Origin: Candidatus Poriferihabitaceae bacterium
GTDB lineage: Bacteria; Pseudomonadota; Gammaproteobacteria; Arenicellales; Poriferihabitantaceae
Reading direction: 5' to 3'
DNA: 64,000 nt
Assembly: GCA_965249835.1 (NCBI GenBank)
Contig: CBDFMY010000003.1
Location: 1,249,979 to 1,313,978, forward strand
A program made the translations under genes and the position numbers. Positions 10,406-20,191 of this stretch are shown here, one piece after another. The notes beneath the pieces were generated by a model. The model saw only the letters and a program-made list of their open reading frames with translations, did no database searches and was not told where the DNA came from. Position 1 is the stretch's first letter; the number at the start of each line of letters is the position of its first letter.

Positions 10406-10780
10406 TCAAAACGCGTCGCTAATCCAGTCGATGCGATAGTCGGGTGCGGTGCCGGTGATGGCAACCACATCGAAGCGACAGCCATCAAACGACAAGCCCG
10501 GTTGATGCTGCAAAAAATGCTCGCCGGTGCGCCGCAGTTTGCGCTGCTTGTCGGCATCAATGCTGGGTGCCGCTCCGCCGAAGTGGTCGGAACGCCGATA
10601 GCGAACTTCGACGAACACCAATTCCTGCTGATCAAACATCACCAGGTCCAACTCGCCCGACGAGCAACGGTAATTTTGTTCGTGCAATCGCAGACCGCGG
10701 GATTCGAGATAGGCAAGTGCCGCCTTTTCCGCATCAACACCGCGATGCAAATGGAGCGGCAAGGGCGCGTCACGATTCAT
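10406..10780 (-). CDS. yraN: UPF0102 family protein YraN
   Basis: AEKAALAYLESRGLRLHEQNYRCSSGELDLVMFDQQELVFVEVRYR. Start ATG 10780 overlaps the lpoA stop. Confidence 0.92.
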   Translation of the reverse strand: MNRDAPLPLHLHRGVDAEKAALAYLESRGLRLHEQNYRCSSGELDLVMFDQQELVFVEVRYRRSDHFGGAAPSIDADKQRKLRRTGEHFLQHQPGLSFDGCRFDVVAITGTAPDYRIDWISDAF

Positions 10781-13011
10781 TGGCCGGGCGTGGTTGAGGG
10801 AATGGTGGGCGGCAGCACCACCGGCAAGCCACGGGCGAACTGCGCCCAAGTGAGATGGCGCAGGACATTGCCATCGGCTTTCACGCCAAGGTCCATCGCC
10901 GCACCGAAATATCGCAGTTGCGGGTTGCGTCGCAAAGTATCAAGCGCGGGAATTACCTGATAACTCTCCAGACCCAGCGCATACAACCGGTCGAGGTCGG
11001 TGTGGTAATACGCTCCCGGCTCACGCCCGGGGGGCTGCACCGACCAAGATTCTGCTGACTCGGGTTCCGGCTGCGGCTGCGGCAAAACCGCGGCATCCAG
11101 TATCCAGTTCATGTCGCCGAAAATGATGCCGTCAAGGTCGGCATCAATCGCCGGATCGGGTTTGTCGTCATACACTTCGGAGGTGGCGTATAGCGCGAGA
11201 TCGTGGGCTTGATAAAACCGCAGTTGCGGCACAAGTTGCCGCGCCTGTTCGGCGTTGGCAGCGAGAAACAAAAAGTCAATGTCGTGCCGGCGGCGCGGCG
11301 TGAATTCCAGTTTGATGCCCAATCGTGCATCCAGAATGCGTTTGCGTTTGATGCTTTGGTCGAGGCCAAGCAGTTGTTGGATGATCCGGGGATGGTCGGA
11401 ACTGTCATCGGAAAAAGATGTGTCGTCCACCAGCGTCGCGCCGAGCAATTCCCACTGTTCGGCAAAAGCATCGGCGACCCGCTGACCCCAATGCGAATCG
11501 CTTCGGAAAATCCCCGCCTGGCGGTGGCCATCGGCAAACGCCCGCATCGCCACCTGTCGGGCTTCCTGCTCCGGCGACAGGCTGATGCCATACCAATTCG
11601 GTGCGCTTTGCGCTTCAGGGATGCTGCCGACCAACAGCACCGGCAGTGGCGGCGGCGCACCGGAGAGCAACGCATCCACCGCCCGCTGCCCCAGCGGTCC
11701 CACGATGAAATCCACGCCATCATTCACCGCGGCTCCATAATACAACGACACCAACTGCGGGTCTGTGCCGATGTCATACCAACTCACCGTGGGCAGGTCG
11801 CTCGCCGAGTCATCGTTGCGCGCCGCCATAAAGCCATCGTAAAACGCGTGTGCGGCTTCGCCGAATTTTGAGGTCAGCGGCAACAGCAGGGCGATGTGTC
11901 GGGGATGAGTAGCGACCGAATCGTCCGCCAGCAGATGCTGATTGAACAATCGTGGCGAAGCCGGATGCCCGGGATAGAGCGTGCGCCATTGCCGGATTGC
12001 CGCTATTCGCTCGGCAGGCGATTCGGATTGCAACACTTCACTCAGCGCGACCCAGCCGGATAAGATATCGCCAGCGGCATCGTCGTCGGGATTTTCCTGC
12101 AGCAGCAACCGACCGAGCGAATCCAGCGACTCGATCAAATCGAGAATGTGCCGCTGGTTGGCAACCCGCCCGGCCGGCTCCGGCAAGTTATCCAGTTGCA
12201 ACCGAGTCGCCACCGCCGCATCGTTGCGTCCCAGTGTTTGCTCGGAATCGGCGCGCAACCGCAACAGCCGGGCGCGGGTTTGCGCGCTCAGGCTGGGGGT
12301 TTGTTCGAGCGTGCGCAGCCATTCCAGAGCGTGCTCGTGCTGTCCCAGGGTCTGTACCAGATGCGCCTGATGGAGCATCAGACCATGCCGCTGAAAGTCC
12401 GCCATGGGCAGGTATTGCAAACGCACGATGAGGCTTTGCGCGGCGGCCGGTTGGTTCTGCCGGATAAATCCGTCAATGGCGCGCAACAGTAGCGGCACCG
12501 CTTGTTGTGGCGCAAGCGATTCCGCACGATTCGCCAGCATGCGGGGATCATCCTCGGCCACGGTAATCCCCGGTTCATCATTCAGCGCCTGGGCGATGGC
12601 TTGCTCCTCGTCCGGTTCCTCGGTTGGTTCCTTGGCCGGCTGGCTGGGCTGCGTGACCACTGGTTCATCATTCAGCGTCTGAGCGATGGCTTGCTCCTCG
12701 TCCGGTTCCTCGGTTGGTTTCTTGGCTGGCTGGCTGGGCTGCGTGACCACTGGTTCATCATTCAGCGCCTGAGCGATGGCTTGCTCCTCGTCCGGTTCCT
12801 CAGATGGTTCCTTGGCCGGCTGGCTGGGCTGCGTGACCACCGGCCGCTCGGTTATTTGCGGTGTAGTGGGCGGTGTAGTCGGCGGCGCAGTCGGCCAAGG
12901 CCCCGGCAGGGGAATGCAGGCGGCGACCAGCACCGACAGCAGTATGGCGGTGGCGGTGCGGCAAAGGGAAAGCGAAAGGGTTGCCGGCCGACGATCACCT
13001 CCGGCCGTCAT
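10777..13011 (-). CDS. lpoA: Penicillin-binding protein activator LpoA-like (LppC/YraM family) lipoprotein
   Basis: Start ATG 13011 gives MTAGGDRRPATLSLSLCRTATAILLSVLVAACIPL (lipobox); TPR-like region then HIALLLPLTSKFGEAAHAFYDGFMAA; divergent from rsmI. Confidence 0.88.
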   Translation of the reverse strand: MTAGGDRRPATLSLSLCRTATAILLSVLVAACIPLPGPWPTAPPTTPPTTPQITERPVVTQPSQPAKEPSEEPDEEQAIAQALNDEPVVTQPSQPAKKPTEEPDEEQAIAQTLNDEPVVTQPSQPAKEPTEEPDEEQAIAQALNDEPGITVAEDDPRMLANRAESLAPQQAVPLLLRAIDGFIRQNQPAAAQSLIVRLQYLPMADFQRHGLMLHQAHLVQTLGQHEHALEWLRTLEQTPSLSAQTRARLLRLRADSEQTLGRNDAAVATRLQLDNLPEPAGRVANQRHILDLIESLDSLGRLLLQENPDDDAAGDILSGWVALSEVLQSESPAERIAAIRQWRTLYPGHPASPRLFNQHLLADDSVATHPRHIALLLPLTSKFGEAAHAFYDGFMAARNDDSASDLPTVSWYDIGTDPQLVSLYYGAAVNDGVDFIVGPLGQRAVDALLSGAPPPLPVLLVGSIPEAQSAPNWYGISLSPEQEARQVAMRAFADGHRQAGIFRSDSHWGQRVADAFAEQWELLGATLVDDTSFSDDSSDHPRIIQQLLGLDQSIKRKRILDARLGIKLEFTPRRRHDIDFLFLAANAEQARQLVPQLRFYQAHDLALYATSEVYDDKPDPAIDADLDGIIFGDMNWILDAAVLPQPQPEPESAESWSVQPPGREPGAYYHTDLDRLYALGLESYQVIPALDTLRRNPQLRYFGAAMDLGVKADGNVLRHLTWAQFARGLPVVLPPTIPSTTPGQ
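12571..12840 (-). repeat. Intragenic tandem repeat, 90 bp (30 aa) period, about 3 copies
   Basis: 'ggttcatcattcag..' recurs at 12571, 12661 and 12751; encodes EPVVTQPSQPAKEPTEEPDEEQAIAQALND-type units. Confidence 0.95.
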
Positions 13012-13081
13012 GGGGCATTCTTCGCCGGAGCAAGACCGTGATAGATTGGCGTCCATGGCGACAAGTATACGAGACCTTCGC

Positions 13082-13942
13082 ATGAACGGCAAAACCGCAA
13101 CCACCGAAAGTGGAACACTGTTCATCGTCGCAACCCCCATCGGAAACCTCGGGGACATCACCCTGCGGGCCATCGATGTGTTGACGCGGGTTGATTTAAT
13201 TCTCGCGGAAGACACCCGACGCGCGGCGATTTTGTTGCGCCATCTGAACATCCGCACGCCGGTGAAGTCGTTTCACCGGGACAACGAAGCCGCGCGCCTG
13301 ACCTCGGTGCTACGGCAACTCGGCGATGGCGCGCAAATCGCGCTTATCAGCGATGCTGGCACGCCGCTGATTAGCGACCCGGGTTATCCGCTGGTGCAAC
13401 AAGCCAGAGAACGCGGCATCACCGTAACCCCGGTGCCGGGCCCAAGCGCCCTGATTGCGGCGTTGTCGGCATCGGGATGTCGCGCCGACCGCTTTTGCTT
13501 TGAAGGATTTCTGCTGGCAAAAGCCGAAGGACGCCGCCGACGTTTGCAGGAATTGAAAGGCGAGACCCGCACGTTGGTATTGTATGAATCCAGCCACCGC
13601 ATCAGCGCAACCCTGGCCGCCATCTCGACAACGCTCGGCGGCCATAGAATGCTCACCGTGGCGCGCGAAATCAGCAAAAAATTCGAGACGTTTTACTGCG
13701 GCACGGTGACGGAAGTAATGCAAACCATCGCCGCCGATGCCCGCCATCGCAAGGGCGAATTCGTACTCGTTCTAAGCGGCGCAACCGAACCCGAAGCCGA
13801 CCACGAACGTGCGGTGGAAATCATGGAATTGTTGAGCACGGAAATGCCCCTGAAACGCGCCAGCAAAATCGCCGCACGCCTTCTTCCTGAAAACAGCAAC
13901 GAATTGTATGCGCTTGGGCTTGAGATTAAGCGAAAGGCTTAA
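13082..13942 (+). CDS. rsmI: 16S rRNA (cytidine-2'-O)-methyltransferase RsmI
   Basis: LFIVATPIGNLGDITLRAIDVL...ISDAGTPLISDPGY...; true start ATG 13082 (MNGKTATTESG), not the track's 12776. Confidence 0.95.
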   Translation: MNGKTATTESGTLFIVATPIGNLGDITLRAIDVLTRVDLILAEDTRRAAILLRHLNIRTPVKSFHRDNEAARLTSVLRQLGDGAQIALISDAGTPLISDPGYPLVQQARERGITVTPVPGPSALIAALSASGCRADRFCFEGFLLAKAEGRRRRLQELKGETRTLVLYESSHRISATLAAISTTLGGHRMLTVAREISKKFETFYCGTVTEVMQTIAADARHRKGEFVLVLSGATEPEADHERAVEIMELLSTEMPLKRASKIAARLLPENSNELYALGLEIKRKA

Positions 13943-13959
13943 TTGCGCTTGCTTATTTT

Positions 13960-14039
13960 GCGCGTATCATCCCTGATACGCGCCCTTCGGGCTCGCTTCG
14001 CTCGCGCCAATCAATTCATGGCGCTCCCGGCGATTTTTT
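13960..14039 (+). repeat. 80-bp palindromic intergenic repeat, family R2 (copy 1)
   Basis: GCGCGTATCATCCCTGATACGCGCCCTTCGGGCTCGCTTCGCTCGCGCCAATCAATTCATGGCGCTCCCGGCGATTTTTT. Confidence 0.95.
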
Positions 14040-14040
14040 C

Positions 14041-14130
14041 CGCCATGGTTTATTACGCCGTATAGTGTTGCGTTGCTGCTTATCCGCTTAATGTAGGCGC
14101 GCTCCACCGCTCCTTGCGCGCCTTGCCTGA
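14041..14130 (+). repeat. Intergenic repeat family R1 (copy 1)
   Basis: CGCCATGG...TTGCTGCTTATCCGCTTAATGTAGGCGCGCTCCACCGCTCCTTGCGCGCCTTGCCTGACGAAAA. Confidence 0.9.
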
Positions 14131-14267
14131 CGAAAAATAATCTGCGCTCAATGTCGCTTGCCTATCAACGAAAATGCGGCGCGCAATGGCGGCGAAAAGG
14201 CAAGCACAATTCACCGCTGACATCTTATAATCCTTAACACACCACGAATCGCCATCGAGAAAAAACC

Positions 14268-14807
14268 GTGAAACATTTCCTTCTCATTGCCATGTTGTTC
14301 GCCAGCCCAATTCGTGCCGACCAGAACCTGCCGGTGCTGGACGAATTGTTTGCGTTGCTGAACGGTGCGCTTGAGGCGGAAACGGCGGTGGCGGTTACGC
14401 GAGAAATTTGGGCGGCGTGGTTGCAACACGATGATGAACAGGTGCGCGCGTTGATGGATGCCGGTATGCGCGACATGAATAGCCAACGCTGGCACGATGC
14501 GCTGGCGCAATTTGATGCGGTGATTGGTCGCGCGCCGGATTTTTCCGAGGCGTGGAACAAACGCGCAACGGTGTATTACCTGATGGGCGACTTCGCCGCA
14601 TCATCCGCCGATGTGGTCGAAACATTGCGCCTTGAGCCGCGCCATTTCGGTGCGCTTGCCGGGCAAGGGATGATGCACTTACAGGAAAAAAATTGGGAGT
14701 TGGCGTTGCTGTATTTTCGTCGTGCGCTGAGCGCAAACCCGCACATGGATAATATTCGGCAATATGTTGAATTGCTGTCGCGGATGCAGAAACAAAAGAC
14801 AATTTAG
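14268..14807 (+). CDS. Exported tetratricopeptide repeat protein
   Basis: Signal-like MKHFLLIAMLFASPIRA; MNSQRWHDALAQFDAVIGRAPDFSEAWNKRATVYYLMGDFAASSADVVETLRLEPRHFGAL TPR pattern. Confidence 0.8.
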   Translation: MKHFLLIAMLFASPIRADQNLPVLDELFALLNGALEAETAVAVTREIWAAWLQHDDEQVRALMDAGMRDMNSQRWHDALAQFDAVIGRAPDFSEAWNKRATVYYLMGDFAASSADVVETLRLEPRHFGALAGQGMMHLQEKNWELALLYFRRALSANPHMDNIRQYVELLSRMQKQKTI

Positions 14808-14830
14808 TTGCGTCGTATCCCTTTGGTCGG

Positions 14831-15286
14831 TTGCCTGATTTTATAAATGCTTTGCCAATGCTCTTACCAATGCTCTGGATCAAATCTTTTCATATTCTAT
14901 TTATGGTTACCTGGTTCGCCGGGTTGTTTTATCTGCCGCGCCTGTATGTCTATCACGCTCAGGCAAGCGACCCGATTGGTATCGCGCGGTTCAAGGTAAT
15001 GGAGCGCAAACTTTTCTGGGGCATCATGACCCCAAGCGCGGTGCTGACCATCGGGTTCGGTGCGTGGCTGTGGACTATCTACGGATTTTCCGGGCGCTGG
15101 CTGGTGCTGAAGTTGTTATTGGTGGCGATGGTGATCGCTTATCACATCTGGTGCTACCTGAAACTCAACGATTTCCTCCACGACCGAAACCGTCACGGCT
15201 CGGTCTATTATCGCTGGATGAACGAAGCGCCGGTATTGCTACTCGCCGGAATTATTCTATTGGCGGTGGTCAAACCGCTCGGCTGA
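14831..15286 (+). CDS. hemJ: Protoporphyrinogen oxidase HemJ (CopD/UPF0093 family)
   Basis: WIKSFHILFMVTWFAGLFYLPRLYVYHAQ..., KVMERKLFWGIMTPSAV, four TM segments. Start uncertain. Confidence 0.88.
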   Translation: MPDFINALPMLLPMLWIKSFHILFMVTWFAGLFYLPRLYVYHAQASDPIGIARFKVMERKLFWGIMTPSAVLTIGFGAWLWTIYGFSGRWLVLKLLLVAMVIAYHIWCYLKLNDFLHDRNRHGSVYYRWMNEAPVLLLAGIILLAVVKPLG

Positions 15287-15294
15287 ATCGTTCG

Positions 15295-16335
15295 TTAGGA
15301 CGCGTGGTTATGTTCGGCTTTTGGATCCCGCGCCAGTAAATCCCGCACCGCGCTTTTGGGGTCGTGTCCCTGATGCAAAACTCGATACACCTGCTCGGTG
15401 ATGGGCATTTCCACGCCCAGTTCACGGCTCATCGAATAAAGTTCGCGGGCGGTGTTGATGCCTTCAATTGCCTGACCGATTTCCCGACACATGCGCTCGC
15501 GCGATTTGCCTTGCCCGATGCCTAGCCCGAAGCGTCGATTGCGCGATTGGTCATCGGTGCAGGTCAAGATTAAATCTCCGACCCCGGCCAGGCCGGTGAA
15601 GGTGTCGGCGCGGCCGCCGCGTGCGACCCCGAGCCGCGTCAGTTCGGCCAGGCCGCGCGTGATTAACGCGGCCCGGGCGTTGGCGCCAAAACCGAGACCG
15701 TCGCTGATTCCGGCGGCGATTGCCATGACGTTTTTAATCGCGCCGCCGAGTTGCACGCCGATCAGGTCATCGCTGAAATAAACCCGCGTGGTGGGGTTGC
15801 GAAACCAGTCAGCCAGCGATTCCGCGGTGCTTTGTTCGGCACATGCCAGGGTCAATGCGGTAGGCAGTCCACTCGCCATCTCGCCGGCGAAACTTGGCCC
15901 GGAGATGACCGTGTGCGCCGCGTGCGCACCGCCGCCAAAAATGTCATCCACCACTTCGCCGGGTAATTGCCCGCCGCGGTCGAAACCTTTGGTGCCCCAG
16001 ATCAGGGTGGCGGCATCTGCCGAATGTCCGGCGGCGATGATGCTGCGGTGAAGCGCGGTTAGCGTCTCGCGAAACGCGTGGCTGGGAACCGCCACCACGA
16101 AAGCAAGGTCATCGTTCGCCAAAGCATCAAAGTCAGTTTCGACTTTGAGGTTGGCCGGAAATTCCAGACCGGGCAGGTAGCGTTGATTGCAACGCCGCCG
16201 TGCCATCTCTTCCATTTGCGCGATGTTCCGACCCCACAGCCGCACATGGTTGATGTTGTCGGCCAGCGCCATCGCCAGTGCCGTGCCCCACGACCCGGCA
16301 CCGACCACGCAAACCGATTCCGGGAGGGTAGTCAT
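15295..16335 (-). CDS. gpsA: Glycerol-3-phosphate dehydrogenase [NAD(P)+]
   Basis: VVGAGSWGTALAMALADN...VFSGPSFAGE-like VISGPSFAGEMASGLPTA...; GAIKNVMAIAAGISDGLGFGANARAALITRG. Confidence 0.96.
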   Translation of the reverse strand: MTTLPESVCVVGAGSWGTALAMALADNINHVRLWGRNIAQMEEMARRRCNQRYLPGLEFPANLKVETDFDALANDDLAFVVAVPSHAFRETLTALHRSIIAAGHSADAATLIWGTKGFDRGGQLPGEVVDDIFGGGAHAAHTVISGPSFAGEMASGLPTALTLACAEQSTAESLADWFRNPTTRVYFSDDLIGVQLGGAIKNVMAIAAGISDGLGFGANARAALITRGLAELTRLGVARGGRADTFTGLAGVGDLILTCTDDQSRNRRFGLGIGQGKSRERMCREIGQAIEGINTARELYSMSRELGVEMPITEQVYRVLHQGHDPKSAVRDLLARDPKAEHNHAS

Positions 16336-16370
16336 GACCGAGCAAGCAGAAGGGCGCGAGACGCCCGGTT

Positions 16371-16901
16371 TTAGTTTGGCCGGGTTGCCCCGGAGGGCGG
16401 GGCGCTGCGCGCTTCCTTGGCTTTTTTCTGGTGGTATAACGCCTGAAAATTGATCGGACTGAGCAGCAGTTGCGGGAAGCCGCCCTTGGAAATCAGGCTT
16501 GCCATGGCCTCGCGCGCAAACGGAAGCAGGACATGCGGGCAGGCGGTTTCCAGTATCGCTTCGATGTTTGCGGCATCAATATTGGTGGCGGTACTCTGGG
16601 TGATTTGGAAAATGCCGGCTTGCTGAACTTCGGCGAGGAACAAGTTCTGTTTTTCGTGGGCGGCGGTCACGGTGGTGTTCAGCACCACCTCGTAAAAATC
16701 CTGACCCTCTTCGATGCGCTGGTGGGTCATGGTCATCTGCACATCCAGCGTCGGGTTGATTTCACCTTTGGCAAAAATCTGCGGGCTTGCCGGCGATTCA
16801 AACGAAGCGTCCTTTAAATACACCTTCTTCGCTTCGATGATCGAGCGATTGTTGGTGTGGCCGGGTCCGCTAGCCTGCGCGGGTTTTTCATTCTGGGACA
16901 T
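16371..16901 (-). CDS. secB: Protein-export chaperone SecB
   Basis: KKVYLKDASFESPASPQIF...; HVLLPFAREAMASLISKGGFPQLLLSPINFQALY. Confidence 0.95.
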   Translation of the reverse strand: MSQNEKPAQASGPGHTNNRSIIEAKKVYLKDASFESPASPQIFAKGEINPTLDVQMTMTHQRIEEGQDFYEVVLNTTVTAAHEKQNLFLAEVQQAGIFQITQSTATNIDAANIEAILETACPHVLLPFAREAMASLISKGGFPQLLLSPINFQALYHQKKAKEARSAPPSGATRPN

Positions 16902-16907
16902 GACGAA

Positions 16908-17342
16908 TCAGCCTTTTACCAGCGGCAGGTTTTCTTTTTTCCATGCGGCGAGGCCGCCCTCGAGAACATACAGTTGTTTGAATTCTTTGCCGCGCAGGAT
17001 GGACACCGCCTTGGCCGAGCGCGTGCCGTTCTGGCAGGCGATGATGATCGGTTTGTTTTTGTGTTTGTTGAGTTTGGAGATTTTGTCGTTGATTTGATCG
17101 AAGGGCAGGTTGATGGCTTGCTCAATGTGTCCTTTCTTAAATGCCTCCGCCTCGCACACATCCACCACCACCGCGGACTCGCGGTTTTGCAGTTTTGGCA
17201 ATTGCAGGGGAGAAACTTTCTGCGCGTTGCCGCCGGGATTGAGCGACAGCAACAGCACAATCACCGCCAGCATCACGAACAAATACCAGTTCTGGGAAAC
17301 GAATTCGAGAATCATTAACTTGAGTTTGGAGCGCCTGCGCAA
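16908..17342 (-). CDS. Membrane-anchored rhodanese-like domain protein (YibN-like)
   Basis: N-terminal TM; VVVDVCEAEAFKKGHIEQAINLPFDQI...KPIIIACQNGTRSAKAVSIL. Confidence 0.85.
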   Translation of the reverse strand: MRRRSKLKLMILEFVSQNWYLFVMLAVIVLLLSLNPGGNAQKVSPLQLPKLQNRESAVVVDVCEAEAFKKGHIEQAINLPFDQINDKISKLNKHKNKPIIIACQNGTRSAKAVSILRGKEFKQLYVLEGGLAAWKKENLPLVKG

Positions 17343-17626
17343 AGCGGCGATTCTACCCCAACGGCGTAGTCGCTGACAACCGAGCGGATTATAATTTCGC
17401 TCATTTCACCGCGGTGTTTCGGTCAAAACCGGCGAAGGAATCGGCGAAGTGGGTTCCACCGGTGGCTTGCCCGCCCCGGCTTGTATTTCGAAATCCGACA
17501 CAATAATGGTGAACCCCAGTGGTGAACCATGGGTCCGCCGGAATGGTGCCGGATGTAGTTGCGGCGGCTGCCTTTTCCACCCACTGCGCATCGCATCGTT
17601 GCAAATTTGGGTATAGTATTCTCCTG

Positions 17627-18985
17627 ATGAAACTGAAATCTATTTTGCCGCTGCCGCTATTCCTGCTATTGAGCGGGTTGCTGTTTGGCAGCGTAACTTT
17701 CGCCGATGACACGAAATCTGGCGAGCAGCCGTTGCCGCTGGATGAACTGCGGTTATTCACCGAGGTGTTCGGAAAAATAAAAAGCGCATATGTCGACAAG
17801 GCAGATGATGAGACGCTGTTGCGGGATGCGATTCAGGGTATGCTGGCGGGGCTTGATCCACATTCGTTTTTTCTGGATGCGGAAGCGTTTCGCGAGATGC
17901 GGATGTCCAGCGAAGGAAAGTTCAACGGGCTTGGTCTGGAAATCGCCATTGAAGACGGGCTCATCCGGGTAATCGCGCCCATTGATGACACGCCGGCCCA
18001 GCGTGCCGGTATTCAGCCCGGCGACCTGATTATCATGCTGGACGGCGTGTCGGCACAGGGTATGGGGTTGCCGGATGCGCTGGAAGGCATGCGCGGCCCG
18101 CCGGGTTCGGAAGTGGTTCTGACCATTTCCCGCGGCGACAACGAAGTGTTTGATGTTAAGTTGGTGCGCGCCCTCATCGAGGTGGCCGAGGTCAAAAGCG
18201 AAATGCTCGAAGCCGGATTCGGCTACATTCGCATCGCCAGTTTCCAGAACGACACCGGCGCGAACTTGCGCGATGGCATCGAACAACTGGAACAGCAAAA
18301 CGGCGGCGCGCTCAAAGGTCTGGTGCTGGACTTGCGCAACAATCCCGGGGGCGTGTTGCATGGTGCGGCGGATGTCAGCGATGCGTTTCTCAACTCCGGG
18401 CTGATCGTATCCACCCGCGGGCGCAACGCCGATGCCAACCATAGTTTCCGCGCAACCAGCGATGACCTGATCGATGATGCGCCGGTGGTGGTGCTGGTCA
18501 ATGGCGGTTCCGCATCGGCATCAGAAATCGTTGCCGGTGCGTTGCAGGATCACAAGCGTGCGATCATCATGGGAACGCGCACCTTCGGCAAGGGCTCGGT
18601 GCAGACTGTGATTCCTATCGACAACGGCGGCGCATTGAAACTCACCACGGCGCGCTACTACACGCCATCCAACCGCTCAATTCAGGCGCGGGGCATCGTC
18701 CCCGACATCATCATTGAAGCGCGGGAGCCAGCCACAACCGAGCCGAGCGAGCGGGAAATCCGCGAGGCCGACCTGGCCGGTCATTTGCCAAACGACCGCG
18801 CCGGCGATGCCGCAGGCGATGATAAAACCGACTCCTCGGATTTGGCGAAGCGGGAGACGCGGGCCAAGAGGGATTACCAGGTGGGCGAAGCACTTAACCT
18901 ATTGAAGGGTATGAGTCTGGTGCGACTGCGCGGGCAAGAGGGCATTCAACCCGCCCCGGCGCCTGGCGTTTCCGGGGAAGGGTAG
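17627..18985 (+). CDS. Carboxy-terminal processing peptidase (S41 family, PDZ)
   Basis: Start ATG 17627 (MKLKSILPLPLFLLLSGLLFG). GLDPHSFFLD, LRNNPGGVL, VLVNGGSASASEIVAGALQDHKRA, GKGSVQTV. Confidence 0.93.
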   Translation: MKLKSILPLPLFLLLSGLLFGSVTFADDTKSGEQPLPLDELRLFTEVFGKIKSAYVDKADDETLLRDAIQGMLAGLDPHSFFLDAEAFREMRMSSEGKFNGLGLEIAIEDGLIRVIAPIDDTPAQRAGIQPGDLIIMLDGVSAQGMGLPDALEGMRGPPGSEVVLTISRGDNEVFDVKLVRALIEVAEVKSEMLEAGFGYIRIASFQNDTGANLRDGIEQLEQQNGGALKGLVLDLRNNPGGVLHGAADVSDAFLNSGLIVSTRGRNADANHSFRATSDDLIDDAPVVVLVNGGSASASEIVAGALQDHKRAIIMGTRTFGKGSVQTVIPIDNGGALKLTTARYYTPSNRSIQARGIVPDIIIEAREPATTEPSEREIREADLAGHLPNDRAGDAAGDDKTDSSDLAKRETRAKRDYQVGEALNLLKGMSLVRLRGQEGIQPAPAPGVSGEG

Positions 18986-19003
18986 TCGGCGGCAATCTTT
19001 CGA

Positions 19004-19270
19004 TCAGGGTGGGCTTTTACTGCGTGCCGCCGATTGCGCTTTGCGTCCTTGTCGGCGGCGGCGAAACCACAACACGATGGACAGGTAGCCGCGTCGCGCC
19101 CAGATAAAATCCAGAGACAGCACCAGCAGTCCGAGGGGCACCATCCAGAATCCGAGAATCGGCAGGGCTCCCAGCAGCCCGCCCAGTATCAACAGAATTC
19201 CGAAGATGATTCGCACGGTTGATGGCATCGACCGGAATGGTCGTATGATGAGTTTCAGGCGGCGGTGCAA
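19004..19270 (-). CDS. Small two-TM conserved hypothetical membrane protein
   Basis: STVRIIFGILLILGGLLGALPILGFWMVPLGLLVLSLDFIWARR. Confidence 0.6.
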   Translation of the reverse strand: MHRRLKLIIRPFRSMPSTVRIIFGILLILGGLLGALPILGFWMVPLGLLVLSLDFIWARRGYLSIVLWFRRRRQGRKAQSAARSKSPP

Positions 19271-19360
19271 CTGCGGGAGTTCTCCAGTATGGTTGGCTGC
19301 GCTATGATTGCGATTGGCGAATGATGCTTTTTCATGATGCTTTGACGGGTTCCGAATGTT

Positions 19361-20191
19361 ATGCGCTACGAGTTCACAAAAATGCAGTCCCTCGGCAACG
19401 ATTTTATCGTATTTGACGGCGTGTCCGATGAATTAAATGTGACTTCACAAATCGCTCGTCGCCTCGCTGACCGGCATTTCGGCATCGGTTGCGATCAGGT
19501 TCTGCTGGTGCAGCCCGACCACGATGGTGCCGGAGAATTTCTGTTCAGGATTTTCAATCACGATGGCAGCGAAGTGGAGCAATGCGGCAACGGTGCTCGT
19601 TGTCTCGCCCGTTTTCTGTCTGACCGCGGGCTGGCAACGGCTCCGACGATTCGGGCGCGAACCGAAACGCAAACCCTGACGCTGACTTTGAACGACGATG
19701 AGTCGGTCACGGTGGCCATGGGCGTGCCGGAGTTCACCCCGTCTAACATCCCGTTCCACGCCGAGCGTGCGGCGGACACCTACAGACTGGACTTGAATGG
19801 CGTTGACGCGGAAATTTCCGCGCTCGCGATTGGCAATCCGCACGCGGTGCGGCGCGTGGAAGACATCGCCCGGGCGCCGGTGGCGAGCGACGGGCCGCTG
19901 ATGGAAAATCATCCACGCTTTCCGGCACGGGTCAACGCCGGTTTTATGCAAGTCGTCGCCCGCAATCACATCCGGCTGCGCGTGCACGAGCGCGGCGTCG
20001 GCGAGACCCTGGGCTGCGGCAGCGGTGCCTGCGCGGCGGTGGCCACCGGAGTCAATCTCGGTTGGCTCGACCACCGCGTGAAAGTGTCGCTACCCGGCGG
20101 CGATGCCGAGGTGGAATGGCAAGGGCGCGGCCATCCGATTTTCCTGACCGGCACCGCCCACACCGTTTTTTGCGGCGGCATTGATTGGTAA
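19361..20191 (+). CDS. dapF: Diaminopimelate epimerase
   Basis: MQSLGNDFIVFDGV, EQCGNGARCLARF, LGCGSGACAAVATGV. Confidence 0.96.
   Translation: MRYEFTKMQSLGNDFIVFDGVSDELNVTSQIARRLADRHFGIGCDQVLLVQPDHDGAGEFLFRIFNHDGSEVEQCGNGARCLARFLSDRGLATAPTIRARTETQTLTLTLNDDESVTVAMGVPEFTPSNIPFHAERAADTYRLDLNGVDAEISALAIGNPHAVRRVEDIARAPVASDGPLMENHPRFPARVNAGFMQVVARNHIRLRVHERGVGETLGCGSGACAAVATGVNLGWLDHRVKVSLPGGDAEVEWQGRGHPIFLTGTAHTVFCGGIDW

Noticed and set aside
12502-13041. 179-aa repetitive forward ORF (LLLVRFLGWFLGRLAGLRDHWF repeats)
   Set aside because: Antisense reading of the 90-bp lpoA repeat; repeat periodicity in multiples of three keeps all frames open.
12776-13081. N-terminal extension of RsmI in the ORF track
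   Set aside because: The extension reads through the antisense of lpoA repeats; ATG 13082 matches the family N-terminus.
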